From Octopus sinensis (lineage: Eukaryota): DNA of 64,000 nt. Below the pieces are notes generated by a model. The model saw nothing but the letters and a program-made list of their open reading frames with translations. It did no database searches and was not told the origin of the DNA. Where the stretch lies: positions 57,350,001 through 57,414,000 of the forward strand of contig NC_042999.1 in the NCBI RefSeq assembly GCF_006345805.1, given 5' to 3'. Below, piece after piece: positions 1 to 14,894 of this stretch. Within the stretch, counting starts at the first letter, position 1; the number at the start of each line of letters is the position of its first letter. The position numbers and the translations under genes are program-made.

Positions 1-1201
1 CCGGCGACATAACACGTGTTGTTTACAAATATTGACAACACGTGTTATTTTCAGGATGTTGACAACAAAATGTGCAGTCAGCAAAAATGACAACTTCCAA
101 ATCCTGTTTCCTGACTGGGTGAAAATAATCAAACTTTAAACCTCCATAACTTTTTTAAAACGTTTTTCTGGAAAAATGAAATAACTCCAGCAATTCAGTT
201 TTGGCAAGTGTTGTGCCAAATTTTGAAATTTTCGGTAAACTTTAATTTTTGGAGCTGCTGGCAACCAAAACGAAAAGATCCCATTTTCGGTTGCATCTTG
301 GCACTCCAAGAGTTTCACTGTCTTTTTTGTTTACTCGGTATACCGTAGCAATCTCCTGTTCTTGGAGTGCAAATGTATAGTCCTTGAAGTGTCATGTAGT
401 GGTCACGAAACCAAAAGAAGCTGTACTTCCTGACGCTATTATTTTTTTCAAATCTATGCAGTGTCTTCTTTTTTTGTTTTTGTTTTTTTTTTCTTTTTCC
501 AGGTCTTCTTTAAGGCATATTACTTCTGCTGTTTCGGGGCTGTACGATAGGTCATCAGGAAGAGAGTACTTCCTGAAGAGCTCACTGTCGACACAGGATG
601 TTGTTCTCTTCATTTTTCAGCACTAAGTTTATGTGTTTATTTTTGCTGCTATTGTTTAGCAGGTGCTGTCTGAGAGAGACTATACGACATCCGAAGACTG
701 ATCCCAAGTCTCCACCTCCTGCATCTTTTGTTTGGTAGAGCCTATCTTTATCGCTGTTTCTGTGGGAGCTTCCAGTTGATGCCAGGGTCTTACAGGTTTT
801 AATATCTATAAAGTGGATTTCTTCTACAGATCAGTCAAGTACCCTAAGTGTTGGAATCAGCAGTGGTACCGCAAATACATTGTGGGATGTTGTCTTGTTG
901 TAAGAGGAGAGATCCGTCTGCCATATTTTTCTAAGTCTGGTAAAATATTCTCAGGTCACTCTATCTTCATTCATGGCACTTTCTTAAATGTTTTCATCCG
1001 TGTCTAGGTATGTAAATATGTATGTGAATATTTGTGTCAACTCAGGAGTGCTACTGAAGACAGATAAGTAGTCCAGTACATGTCGCATGGACAGGTAGTT
1101 GGTAACTAAATCGGTTTGCGTGGAGAGGAGTTGCTAGGAACCCATAACAAAAACAAAACAAAACCACCGAAAGGATGGATGAACCCAACGACTATCTAGA
1201 C

Positions 1202-2047
1202 CAGTGGCTTTCAACAATTTTTTATCTATGGACCATTTTGGTTCCTGTTTTACTCGAATGGACCTTCATAGTCACCCGATGTTTGAAAAATCCTATTATA
1301 TTTTCATAATTAAATATTATTAGGAAGTGTATAAAGATTTGTTAAAATACTTTGTGCATTGTAGAAGCATAACTAACTTACTGCACATAAATTGTTGTTG
1401 GCATACTTTTGTCTCGGGAGACAATGGAGTTGCGCATAAAATAATCCAGCCTGGTTTTTAAATTTTATGTCCTTTACATTTGCTGTGGCTGTGTAGTCCT
1501 ATCCTGGACAAACACTCCCTCTGGTAGGTGACGCAGATGTAGCAAAGACTTTGCCTGGCTGGTTGTAATGTCATAGTTTCTTGTTGACGTCATTTCTTGT
1601 CATTCCATTTCTCCTCTCTCCCTCTGTCACTCCTCTGTGTTCCCTCTTCTATGGTACGTCGCCAATCTCCACGGTTGCTGGCAACTGCTTCCCAGTTGCT
1701 AATATAGATGTCGTAGGCCTTCATGTCCCTTTTGCAGACATCCTTGTACCGTAAGAACGGTCTTCCCACAGACCTAGTGCCCCTAGCAAGCTCTCCTTGA
1801 GAATTCTGCCATCTTCCATACGACTAACATGTCCAAACCATCTCATACGTCTTTGTGTGAGGAGTGCAAACATGTTTGGTATTCCTGCTTGCTTGAGGAC
1901 ATCTTTGTTGGGGACACGATCCTGACATTTGATGCGAAGGATTTTCCGGAGGCAGCGCAGGTGAAAGATATTTAGGCGACATAAATTGTAATAACAAGAT
2001 ATTATATGGAACCCTATGACCATATAGAACCCAGTTTAAAAACACTG
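1202..2047. mobile_element. hAT-like MITE, split by an RTE insertion
   Basis: Ends CAGTGGCTTTCAAC...GTTTAAAAACACTG. The internal sequence resembles the copies at 16600, 28062 and 45476. Confidence 0.6.
1396..1978 (-). mobile_element. 5'-truncated RTE-clade LINE 3' fragment
   Basis: Peptide LNIFHLRCLRKILRIKCQDRVPNKDVL...RRMRWFGHVSRMEDGR matches the RTE ORF C-terminus. Short (CAA) tail. 11-bp TSD ACATAAATTGT at 1385-1395 and 1979-1989. Confidence 0.85.
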
Positions 2048-2699
2048 ATATAGTGCTATTAGTTGTGCATCATTAGTGAGTTACATAGATATACGTGATG
2101 TGCGTGCTAAACCCCTACTTTTTGCTTTAATATCGTCCTAGAAGAAAAATACTGTTACAAAACTTGAACTTTCATCGTCTGGTTATCCCAGCCAATGCTG
2201 GGCTATTGGAAGGAAAGCTTTTTTTAATCAGAAAAGCGAGTGCAGCTCTGAGCAGTTCTGTGCATGTCTCTCTCAGTTTCATGGACAGGAACTTCTTGGA
2301 GAAGACATTATGGATAAAAGTCCTGCGGCAACGGAGAGTAGTGGTAAATATAGGCTTGACCAGCAGGAAGTATTTCATTACAAACCTATACATAGATAGT
2401 TTGGGGATATTGGTAACTTATTTCCAAGATATGTCAATGGACGAATACGTCCGCACCTCGAGTAACTGAAAATCCCTTCTGGAGAGCTCACCAGTTAGTC
2501 AGAAAGGTCACAGAAAAGATAATCGAAATAAAGCTTCCCTAATTTTGGAAGAGACAAACAACCTCAGAGCACTCACAACATGCCCACACATACACACACA
2601 TATCTCCTTCTCTTACACTCTCCTGTCTTAGAAAGAACTTTTTCTTCGCCCATTCCCTTCCGGTCATTTCAAAATATAACATGTGAATCGTTAGCGATT

Positions 2700-2850
2700 T
2701 TCTTCCTCCGTCTTCGTTTCTACCGGACTTTCCTCTGTTTCTGAAGAGTGTTGCTCGAAACTTTAAACCGTCTGCTAATATTTTACATGTACCACGTCCT
2801 CGCTTTGTTGTTTCTTTTTGTATTTGTTCTTCTTTTTTGGATTTACTATG
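2700..2850 (+). mobile_element. Putative Penelope-like element 3' tail with decayed hammerhead motif
   Basis: GTTT-CTGAAGA-gtgttgctc-GAAAC at 2737-2761. The tail 2785-2850 resembles the reverse complement of 6151-6213. Confidence 0.4.
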
Positions 2851-4092
2851 TATGTATGTATGTTTGAAAAAAGAAAGTACACAAATGGGTTGAGATTTTC
2901 TACAGCTGTTTCAGACGCGTTTTTTATTGATGAATAAACTGATTCATCATGAAAAATAAGCGTTTTCTTCAGATGAATTAAAAACTTAGAATTCAAAATT
3001 TAAAATTTGGTTTAGAAAAAATATCAACATGTATGTATGTATGTATGTATGTATGTATGTATGTATGTATGTATGTATGTATGTATGTATATATTATGTA
3101 CTTGTGAGTGTATATGTATGTTCTGGGCAAGACTCTAAACTGCGTCCAGGCCTAGAGTCCCTGATTCGGGAGTGCTAGGCTTCTGAGAAATGTACAACTA
3201 CCTCTTAACCAACATTGTTCTCAAGGTCCCGGTTATGAGTTAATTGGCATGTAAACATAAAGCACCGTGAGTGAGGGACACCATGCTGTTATCACAGCAT
3301 CCTTCTAGGAGAGGAACTCTGATGTAAAACTTGCGGTTTCGCGAGATTGCCGGTCATCTCGCTCTAGCTTGTCATTAGGTACTAATCACGGAGATTCAGA
3401 GTGGTGCTCGTGTTGTACACGTGTTTATCACTCTTATCCATTGATGTACAGATGTCTCTTTATGGTGAACCTATTTGTCATTCCATCTTGTTTAAAGTTT
3501 TATGGCGATGGGAAAGCGGTGGCGTGTACAGACCTAAGCAGTTAGAAGTGCACAGTTACAAAGGAGCGAGACTTAATAGTCATCTTGGAGGTCAGGGATA
3601 GAAAGTAAAAAGATGCTAATTTTACTCAGCTAGCAAAAATGAGATGTACCTCTGGTTCAATAGGCCAGCCTTGTCCACATACGAAGTATCAAGTTAAATC
3701 TCCCTGAAAACTATATTAAGGGGAGGCGTGTTTACGGAGTGCTCAACCACTTGTACGTTAATTTCACGGGTAGGCCGTTCTCTTGATCGGATCAACTGGA
3801 CCAAAGGACGTCGCAACCGACGGAGTGCCCCATCCATGTATGTATACATCTTTGTATGTATGCATGTATTCTTTTATTTTTTTAGTTGTTTCTGTCATTT
3901 GGCCTCGGCCATGCTGGAGTGCCGCCTTGAAAGGTTTCAGTCAAACAAATTGACTCAAGGACTTATTTTTTAGGCCTAGTACTTATTCTGGCGGTCTCTA
4001 TAAGTGGTGATGGGGAACAAAAACAGACACGCACACACATAAATACATACATATACACACATATATACATAGATACATACATACATATATAT

Positions 4093-4131
<39 letters not shown>

Positions 4132-4167
4132 GCCTTCGTCTTTTGTTTATTTTCATAAAGCTTCCCG

Positions 4168-4227
<60 letters not shown>

Positions 4228-4267
4228 GTATGCGTATATATATGTATATATATATATGTATATTACC

Positions 4268-4912
<645 letters not shown>

Positions 4913-5151
4913 CAGTGAAAATTTCCAGAAAGGAAACATTATTATCAGCATTAATTGACGTAATTAGATTTGGTCTAAGCAGATGTTTTCTGCTAGCAAT
5001 ATAGATAACATGATGACGTTGTTAAGTTCGTGAAACCCGATCCAACGTCTTTTGCAGCCTTCAGAATATTTTCCATTCACAGAACGCCTCGTTGTTGCTT
5101 CCGTAAAATACGCACACACGCACAGAAGATACTGCATGCGTGTGTGTGAGC

Positions 5152-5185
<34 letters not shown>

Positions 5186-5233
5186 GTGTGCGTGTATGGT
5201 GCATGTATGTATGTGTGACGGTATATATATATA

Positions 5234-5274
<41 letters not shown>

Positions 5275-5407
5275 GATATATATGTATATGCATCTATATG
5301 TGTGTGTCTCTATATATACATATACAATCACATACACACTTATACAATCACGCATTCATATGTATATATCTATCTATATCTATCTATCTACCTACTTACC
5401 TACCTAC

Positions 5408-5488
<81 letters not shown>

Positions 5489-5505
5489 GTCTATCTATCT
5501 ATCTC

Positions 5506-5537
<32 letters not shown>

Positions 5538-5553
5538 CCTATCTATCTATCTA

Positions 5554-6148
<595 letters not shown>

Positions 6149-6835
6149 TAGTTAATCCAAACATGAAAACACAAAGAGAAAACACAACAACGCGAGGACG
6201 TGGAACAAGTATATAATTTCACCTAATCGAAGCTTTACCACTCTCTACATTACATATATTTTTGTATGCAAAACGGCTGCTCCACACTCTCTATCACACT
6301 CACACCCAGTTTACGCATGACTGATAGCAGATTGTTGGAGTGAAAACTTCCTTGGCGGTACGGTTGGGTGTAGCCTGATATGAAGCAATTAATTCGGAAT
6401 ATGTGATCGCACAGCGACATTGGACATTAATAAAAACAAATGCCTGTGATCACAGAGCCGTGATTTTTAGCGGTTCTTATTACTGTTATTGTGGTAATAG
6501 TGTGGGCATGATGATGTCATGGTGGGTGAGAGGGCTAGTTGTTGGGCATCTGTCGTCAGAGCATTCAAGACGTCTAACGATAAAATTTTCCTCTCAATTT
6601 CGTCATACGATTTGTTCTAAGAATAGAGGAAATCCGAAGTGGAGGTAAGAGGTTCATCTGAGAGCATGAATGTGATAGCGTTTTATTGAGTTTCATGAGA
6701 GTATTGCGGAGGAAATTAATCTTTTGGTGGAAATCTATTTTTCGGTTTTGTACTGTTGGTTTGCTTTTGTTGTGGTGGGCGTTAATGCTTCTGTTGTAGT
6801 AAAAAAATATTCATAAAGGATTTGTTAACACATCT

Positions 6836-7013
6836 GGCGTAGGAGTGGCTTTGTGGTAAGTAGCTTGCTTACCAACCACATGGTTGCAGGTTCAGTCCCA
6901 TTGCGTGGCACCTTGGGCAAGTGTCTTCTACTATGTGTGTGTATGCGTTTGTGTGTTTGTGTTTGTCCCACCAGTATCGCTTGACAACAGATGCTGGTGT
7001 GTTTACGTCCCCG
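6836..7013 (+). mobile_element. SINE family A, partial
   Basis: GGCGTAGGAGTGGCTTTGTGGTAAGTAGCTTG head; internally deleted relative to 4268-4672. Confidence 0.75.
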
Positions 7014-7599
7014 TGTATATATATATATATATATATATCAATAATAATAGTGATTGCTTCTTATTAGGAACAATAGGGTTAATAGGAATGCTATAGAAGT
7101 GATCAAGTAAATGAGACGAGTATAACAAATTTATGGTCACCCACTTAACATATCACATCTCGAACATTTAATCGCATATAAAGAAACAATGCTTTTCTTA
7201 AACATAGAATATGGATGCAAAAAATCACAGAAGATGAAACAATATTTCATTTTGACAAGCACATAAAAAAGAATGTGAGTACTGTGCATTGCAATATAAA
7301 AAATAAAAAATTAATACTTCAGCGTCTAAAACCTTTTTTTAACAGTATAACACATAGAATAATAAATATATTAAAATATTAAAAATACGTATATATAAGA
7401 AACATATAAATATATAAGGTATAGATAAAGTTCATCGATTAAGAATTTTTTACGATTAAAAGTTACTTCTTAAGATAAAAGGAAACCTATTAAGAAAAGC
7501 CGGTGTCCAAGCAAAAAAAAACATATTTACAGTCCCTATGGTCATTTCAGGGGTTCATGGGTGCAAATATATATATATATATATCTGCGTATATATTTA

Positions 7600-7817
7600 C
7601 GAGGGGTTGCTGAGAAGTTCCTGGCTTTAAGGGTATTGCAAAAGGCCTGATTGGAGGCCTAACCTTCTATGTTCTATTACAGGGCTGAGAAAAATCGAAG
7701 GACCGTGGCCATAATTATGTGAATCTGAGAGGGGAATATGTTGAATAAAATCCATAATTGACTGATCCTCCTGTATTTTCTTTTACCCAAAGCCAGGTAC
7801 ATTTCATCACCGCCTCG
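7600..7817. mobile_element. mariner-derived MITE
   Basis: TA-CGAGGGGTTGCTGAGAAGTTCCTGGCTTT ... AAAGCCAGGTACATTTCATCACCGCCTCG-TA; imperfect TIRs and TA target duplication. Confidence 0.75.
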
Positions 7818-7899
7818 TATATATACATGTATCTAATACCTATAAATTTATATATTTATACCCACACATCTATCTATCTATCTATTTCTCTCGCTCTCC

Positions 7900-7946
<47 letters not shown>

Positions 7947-10065
7947 CATATATATACATACATATACACACACACATATATATACATATGTATATATACA
8001 TATATACATATAAAATGTATGTACGCATGTATTATATACATATATATATATAACTTGGAACATTGTATTTATGAAGCACACCTCTTAATTCTTTGATCCC
8101 ATTGTGAATATTATATTGTATCAAGTATACCATGTTTCACGTCCAATATTGGCTAGTGCCTGTTCAGTCCATTTTTCAGAGAACACAGAAAAGGTTCCTC
8201 CTGTTTTCTTAAGGCATAAATATGTAAACTTTCTATATCCAGCCCTTGAAAAAAATCTTGGAACAAAGAGAGAGGTTTTCGTAATACAGTTCAGCTAAGT
8301 TTGAGACGCTAAGAGAAACTTACACAAGATAAGAACCTCTCTGGAAGGCCGTTTGCGAATGAATGTGCGGAAAATCGCGAGTTGCGATCATTGCATTTGT
8401 TATGGTTATTGTCGCGCAAGTTTTCAAATCAAGTCTTGTGTCAGAAGCACTAAAGACATTGCTATTATTTTAGTTGGCCACGCAACTTTAATGGTACTTT
8501 ATTTATCGATCTCAGAAGGAGGAAAAGTAAAGTTGACCTTGGCGTGATTTGGACTCAGAAAAGTGAAGAGCTGGAACAAACATTGCAAAGTATTTTTCCA
8601 ACACTTTAAATGTTCTCTTCGTCCACCACCATAATAAAAATATCAACTGTTTCTAATGTAGGTGCAAGGCCAGAAACCTGAGAGAAGGAACTGTCGTTTA
8701 TATTGATCAGAGCACTTGACCGATTGTTTTATTGACCGCAGAAGGCAGTTCTGACCACAGTGGCATTCTATATTTTTAGAATTCCTATCATCACGCAAAC
8801 TTCTAATCATAGTTGCATAAATTAAATATTTGTGAGAAAATCTGGAAGCGGTTTCATTCATTTACATCAAAATTATAATTGGAGACAAACACGACGACAT
8901 ACATGTACGTATGCACACGGACATAAATCATTATTTGTTTATCATTTTTAGTATGATAGATTGGTAACAAAATTTATGAGTTCGAATGCCAGTGCGCTGA
9001 GTCACATTCTCATCTCTCCAGAATCTATAAAATAGACTTCAGTTATGTACTGTCACTGCTTCAATCTACAGTTGATAACCGTTTATCCACAATTGTTTAA
9101 GACCGGATGTGTTTCCAATTTCGCTTTTTTCGAATAGCGGAATTATTGCATATTTGCATTACAAAAGGGAGTAGATTAAACACGGGTCAAAAGTTTAGGT
9201 ACGTTATCTATTTACATTTCATCGCAGAGCTCAAAACATAAACCCTAAGAGTAGCTTTATATAAATCAAGCTTAGTCCAGTTTTGCGTGACGCAACTGTT
9301 TCAAAGTGGGGAACATTTACTTTACTTTTCACCAAAAGAAGCCTGCAACTTGTCTAAGCCATAATAGAGCTGTATGACATTTTCACTTTTAACACTGGTT
9401 TTATGCATTTATGCTCACCAATAATATCCAGTATTTTTCTATTTATGGCGCTTCTGTCACTCGAAAACAAGGCGTTCTTCCATTACGCTTCGATGGGCTA
9501 CGGTTTCGTTCCGTAGTGAATTTGTCTTTTACTATCCCGTCTTCTTCCCCACCCACGCTCGATTTTGTAATATCACGAGATCTGGAGAACGTGCTTTTTT
9601 TTGTTTGAAGCTCAACTTATCTTGTCAGCTTTCGCTCAAAGAGGCAAGAACCCGACAATATCACTTGGATGATATTAATAAGAAATGCTTGTTTGATCGC
9701 TTATTGTTATAGGGACCGGTATGCTCGTAGTTGTTTGCTCATTGGTCGTTTTCGTAAGTGCCAGCGAACCAGATGTGGATGTAATGCAGAAACTGATGTT
9801 GAATGATATTACCTCAAAAGTCGAAAGATTTTTACTTCTTGCTGAAGTAAATATGATCTCGGGATGATGTCTCTGTCATCCTCAGTTTTTCTGAATTTAG
9901 GGACAATTGACAATAAGGAACCTAGCGAGAAAATATTCTCCTTACCTTGGATTTTTGGTCAAAGATGATATAAAACATCATCATTGTCGATACGCTTACC
10001 AAATCAAATGTCGATAATGCCATCTTTGCCACATCAGCAAAAATAGATAGATAGATAGATAGATG

Positions 10066-10135
<70 letters not shown>

Positions 10136-10528
10136 AAAACAACCGACAGTTGTTGGGTTTTTCGATCCAAATCAATCATGAGTGAGCAGACCTAAAATCA
10201 AAAGTGTTCCGGTAGTGACCATCCTGAGAATGTGTATATTTATGACTATACTATGCTAGTGTCTGTTTATTTAAGACACTATGGGTGTGATTTCCGGGAG
10301 ATTTGGCTTCTGTTTCTAGCAGGTTCAGCACGCACGCTGAGGCTATCCCGTTGACTCGTAGACAGACAGACAGACAGAAAGAAAGAAAAAAGAAAGAAAG
10401 AAACAAACAAAGAAAACCATGAAGGAAGGATGAAAGAAAAAATCCCGCCAGCAGTGAAAAAATAAAGTTTCTGCCGAAAGCAGTTTATGTGAAGGTCAGA
10501 CAAAATTGTCGTTAAAAAAATATTTTTC

Positions 10529-10961
10529 GGATCTTTTCGGTTTGAACGGCAGTTTTTTCTAGCGGTGTCATATGAAATTGTCACCCATAATTATGACCCT
10601 AGAATCGATCTATTGCATTTCAATCTCTTTTAGGATTAGGGTTAGTTAGGGTTAGGATTAGAGCTGGGGGAAGGGTATCTTTTTTTCTTCACAAATGTAA
10701 ATAAACCCGATCTGTTTATTAAACGAGGGACATATTCATACGGCACAGAATGCTTTTTAACTCAATAGACGTCACTTATTGGTTGAAATTGCAGAAATTG
10801 AAGAAAAAAAAACAACAAATATCTTACAAATTATAGAATTTTCTCAATAAAGCCAAGAGAAAAAGATGTTTTATAAACACATTCTACCAGTATACGAAGT
10901 TTAAAATGTTTTAGTTACCTAGAAATTATGTTAAAAACTGCCGTTCAAACCGAAAAGATCC
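10529..10961. mobile_element. MITE with GG termini and 8-bp TSD (Merlin-like)
   Basis: Perfect TIR GGATCTTTTCGGTTTGAACGGCAGTTTTT and exact 8-bp TSD TATTTTTC (10521-10528, 10962-10969). A partial older copy lies at about 39130-39306. Confidence 0.85.
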
Positions 10962-12128
10962 TATTTTTCTTCTTTACTGCTATTTCTGGTAATTTCGATG
11001 AAATATATAATGGAGAGCTAATTAAGTAATTAAGAATCTTTTTCTCGACTCTTTTCTTCTTCGTTGTTTTAGTTAGTTTCTTTAATATTTTTTCTTCTAT
11101 GTCTATATATCCTGTCCTCTTCTGTGTTCTACGTCCCTCTTCAGCCTTTCGTATTGTTTTCCTTTTTTCTTCTATCTTCTTCCATCCCATTTTCTTTTGT
11201 CAACTTCTGTTTCGTCTTCGTTTGATTTCTTTTTTCTTCATCTCTCTACTGAAAACTACTTACTAATTTTTTCTCTTCTTTTTATTTTCCTTCCGCTTTT
11301 CGTGCATAATCTCGTCAATTAATATTCATCATTTCTTTCATAGACATAAGATCAGCAATTTGGTAGGAAGGAAAAGTCGATTAAATTATCCGAGAACTTG
11401 ACTTGTTCTTCATTTTATCGACTCCAGAAGAACGAAAGGTAAAGTAGATTCCTGCAAGATTTCAACAGCAATAACATAGATGTCAGTCTTTTCTTTATTA
11501 TTTACAAGAAATAAAAGAAATCATGGATTGTGAAAGACAAGTTTATAACTATGAAGGTTAGGGTGAGATATGTTATACAATATACTAAAGGACGTATTAA
11601 GATTCAAAGAAGCACTCACGTACGCGCACGCGCACATAAAATATAACATTTGGTGTTGAAAAACGAGCATTTTAGAATAATCTGTTTTAAGTTCGGTGTC
11701 TCTTCCATGTTTATATACTGAATCTTAACTGCTTTTGTGTTCATAACTTCTTCGCAAAGCCCGAAGTGTTACAGCTGCATAATGCTTGGTTTTCGAAGAA
11801 CGGTGTTTCTTAGTTCATCGTGATTCACATTGTTTTGGGGTTTGTTTGATTTGGGTTTTTTTCATTAGTTTTTTGGTGGAGAAATTATTCCTCCTCACTT
11901 GTTTTTGTTATTTTATATCGAACCTTCTTATACTGTATTTTTTTTTCGATTTTCTCTTCGCATTTTTACCGACTGTTTGTAAATTTTCATCTATAATTAT
12001 TCTTGTTCCCTCACAGCACGATAAATGTGTGGAATTATTTACTCGTCTATTTCCAATATTGGGTATAAAGATATTTCCTTTGTCAATCCCAGAGCTTTGG
12101 CTGATAGCTCTCTACACTAGGGTTTGTT

Positions 12129-12551
12129 ATTCTTTTTATTTCTTTATTGCCCACAAGGGGCTAAACATAGAGAGGACAAACAGGGACAGACAAGGGTGTT
12201 AAGTCGATTACATCGACCCAGTGCGTAAGTGGTACTTATTTAATCGACCCCGAAAGGATAAAAGGCAAAGTCGACCTCGGCGGAATTTGAACTCAGAACG
12301 CAACGGCAGACGAAATACCTATTTCTTTACCACCCACAAGGGGCTAAAAACAGAGGGGACAAACAAGGACAGACAAACGGATTAAGTCGATTACATCGAC
12401 CTCAGTGCGCAACTGGTATTTAATTTATCGACCTCGAAAAGATAAAAGGCGAAGTCGACCTCGGCGGAATTTTTTACTCAGAACGTAACGGCAGACGGAA
12501 TACGACTAAGCATTTCGCCCGGCGTGCTAACGATTCTGCCAATTCGCCGCC
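12129..12551 (-). mobile_element. tRNA-derived SINE family B with duplicated 3' half
   Basis: Head GGCGGCGAATTGGCAGAATCGTTAGCACGCC on the minus strand; the body GTCGACTTTGCC...AAGTACCA is present twice. Other copies at about 8450-8790, 11335-11460, 13190-13370, 19300-19470 and 20880-21040. Confidence 0.8.
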
Positions 12552-13369
12552 TTCAGGTTTGGTTATTCTTTTTCCTTTGCTGTCAATCTTCATTGTTTTC
12601 GTTCTCACTCTCTCCCTTTCTCTCTCCCTTTCTCCTTTTCTCTTTTGCTTAATTTTTCCAGTTCTTCAGTGCATTCAGTTCTGAAGTGTGTTTTACATCG
12701 ACAAATGTAATATCCAGGCTTTCTGTCTTGTATCATTGATTTTATGCTCTTTGTCTCAGTACCTTCTACAGGGTACAATTCCAGTATGGTTTTGTGGCCT
12801 TCAGGTGTAAATCCTTTTTGATTCCTCCCTGATTACATACCAAATACTCTGCTTTGGCCACTCCCCCATACTGTGATACAAAAGTAGCTAATTGCCATGG
12901 ACCCACGTCGCTTTTAGTGTTTCTTTTAGTCACTCTTGGATCCTGTACTGGAAAACAGATATATAGTCAAAATGATATCTGATCATTTTCGTCTGTGCTT
13001 TGGTTGAGTCTCCAGTTTTAAAAGCACAACAGATAGTGCCATACCTTCTATCTTTAACAGTTGAAAGCACTTATCTCTATTTGCTGTGGAGGACCTATTG
13101 TACAGCTTGACGTGTCCGTTATTTTTTCACCCATGTCCAATATTTTTCAATCTTCATCCAGCGCGCCAGCGATTCTGCGAAATCATAATCTTTTCTACTA
13201 TAGGCACAAGGCGTGAATTTTGATGGGATGGGCTAATTGATTACATCGACCCTAGTACCCGACTGTTATTTATTTTTCCACCCCGAAAGGATCAAAAGCA
13301 AAGCTGACCTCGGTGGGATTTGGACTTAGAAAGTAAAGACGGATGAAATGTCGCTAAGTATTTTGTCGG

Positions 13370-13945
13370 GCCCAGTCCTGGCCAAAAAGGAATACATACA
13401 CCGACATGCTAGAATTGGGACTTATGTACACCGGAAGCTGTGACAGCAGTACGGAATGACAAAAGGAAAAAGCTGGTATAGGCATACCCCAGTAAAGGTC
13501 TCCGAAAGTAACCAAGCCACAATACACTGGGATACACTAATATTCACAACTAGAGAGATCAAAGCTAATATGCCAGGTATTGTTGTCAGAGAGAAATAAA
13601 AATGGCTTATAATCGACATATCAGTCCAAGATCACAAAATGTCTCTAAGAGAAGTGGGAAAAGTCTGGCAGTACAAAGATCTGGACATAGAGATAACTCG
13701 AGCGTGAGGCCTGAAGGTGAACATAATCCCTATAATGATAGGTGCACTGGTTAAAAAACATACAGATAAATATGTAACAAAACACCAGGTTTTAACATAC
13801 AAAAAATATGTAACAAAACACCAGGTTATAACATACAGAAAATAGTACGGCTAGACACCTCACATATCCTATGTAAAAATAACAAGCCTGTGGTAAAAAT
13901 AAACCACAGGACAGTAAAAGCACGTAATAAAAATAAAACAACTGA
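13370..13945 (+). mobile_element. Degraded R4/Dong-type LINE 3' fragment
   Basis: Homologous to 46550-47115 (RLE region: ACAATACACTGGGAT, AAAGATCTGGACATAGAGATAACTCG), ending in AATAAT. Confidence 0.7.
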
Positions 13946-14119
13946 ATAATAATATATTTTGTTTACTAACAGAGTGATAGAGGAGAATGACACGAAGATG
14001 GACATACAGTGTGGGAATTTATATAGAATAGAATGAAAAAAATTACATGGTACACATCATTGACAAAAATAATGGATGATGATGATGATGCCATCCTCTT
14101 GCTACAGGAGGACCTCTAG

Positions 14120-14894
14120 GGCAAATCGCTACAATGTTTGGGTACCACATAAGTTGAGTGAGAAGAACATTTTGGATCGCATTTCCATCTCTGATTCGCT
14201 TTATAAACGGAATGAATACGCGCCTTTTTTAAAGCAAATTGTGACAGGTGATGAGAAATGGATTATCTACCGAAATGTTCAGAGAAAGCGATCCTGGAGT
14301 AAGTGACATGAGCCACCCTTAGCCACTCCAAAAGCGGTTCTTCACCCTAAAAAGTCTTGCTTTGTGTCTGGTGGGATTGGAAAGGAATTCTGTACTATGA
14401 GCTTCTCCCAAGTAACCAGACAATCAATTCTGAGAAATACTGCACGCAACTGGACGAGTTAAAAACAGCAATTCAAGAGAAACATCCAGAATTGGCCAAC
14501 AGGAAGGGTGTTATTTTCCAACATGATAATGCAAGACCGCACGTTTCTTTGAGAACCAGACAAAAGTTGCTGCAGCTCGGCTGGGATGTGTTACCCCAAC
14601 CTCCATTTTCACCAGATATTGCTGCTTCGGATTTCCACTTATTCAGGTCTCTGCAGAATAGTCTTAATGGTAAAAATTTCAATTCCTTGGATGACATAAA
14701 AAGATACCTTGATGAATTCTTTGCCGTGAAATCACCTCAATTCTGGGAAAATGGTATTTTCAAGTTAAAGGAAAGATGGAGACACATTGTGCAACAAAAT
14801 GGTTCATATTTGGTTGATTAAAAATGTAATGGCAAGTATTTATTGACCTTTTTCTTTCCTTTAAAAATCGGCACAAACTTTCCAGACAACCCAA
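14120..14894 (+). mobile_element. 5'-truncated mariner transposon (transposase pseudogene)
   Basis: Motifs WVPHKL, IVTGDEKW, HDNARPH, FSPDIAASDFHLF (DD34D); 3' TIR GGCACAAACTTTCCAGACAACCCAA; a stop and a frameshift near 14305-14355. Confidence 0.92.

Noticed and set aside
10630-10665. Telomere
   Set aside because: Only a few imperfect TTAGGG units inside a MITE.
14076-14821. SETMAR-like host gene
   Set aside because: No SET domain; TIR present; stop and frameshift. It is a mariner remnant.
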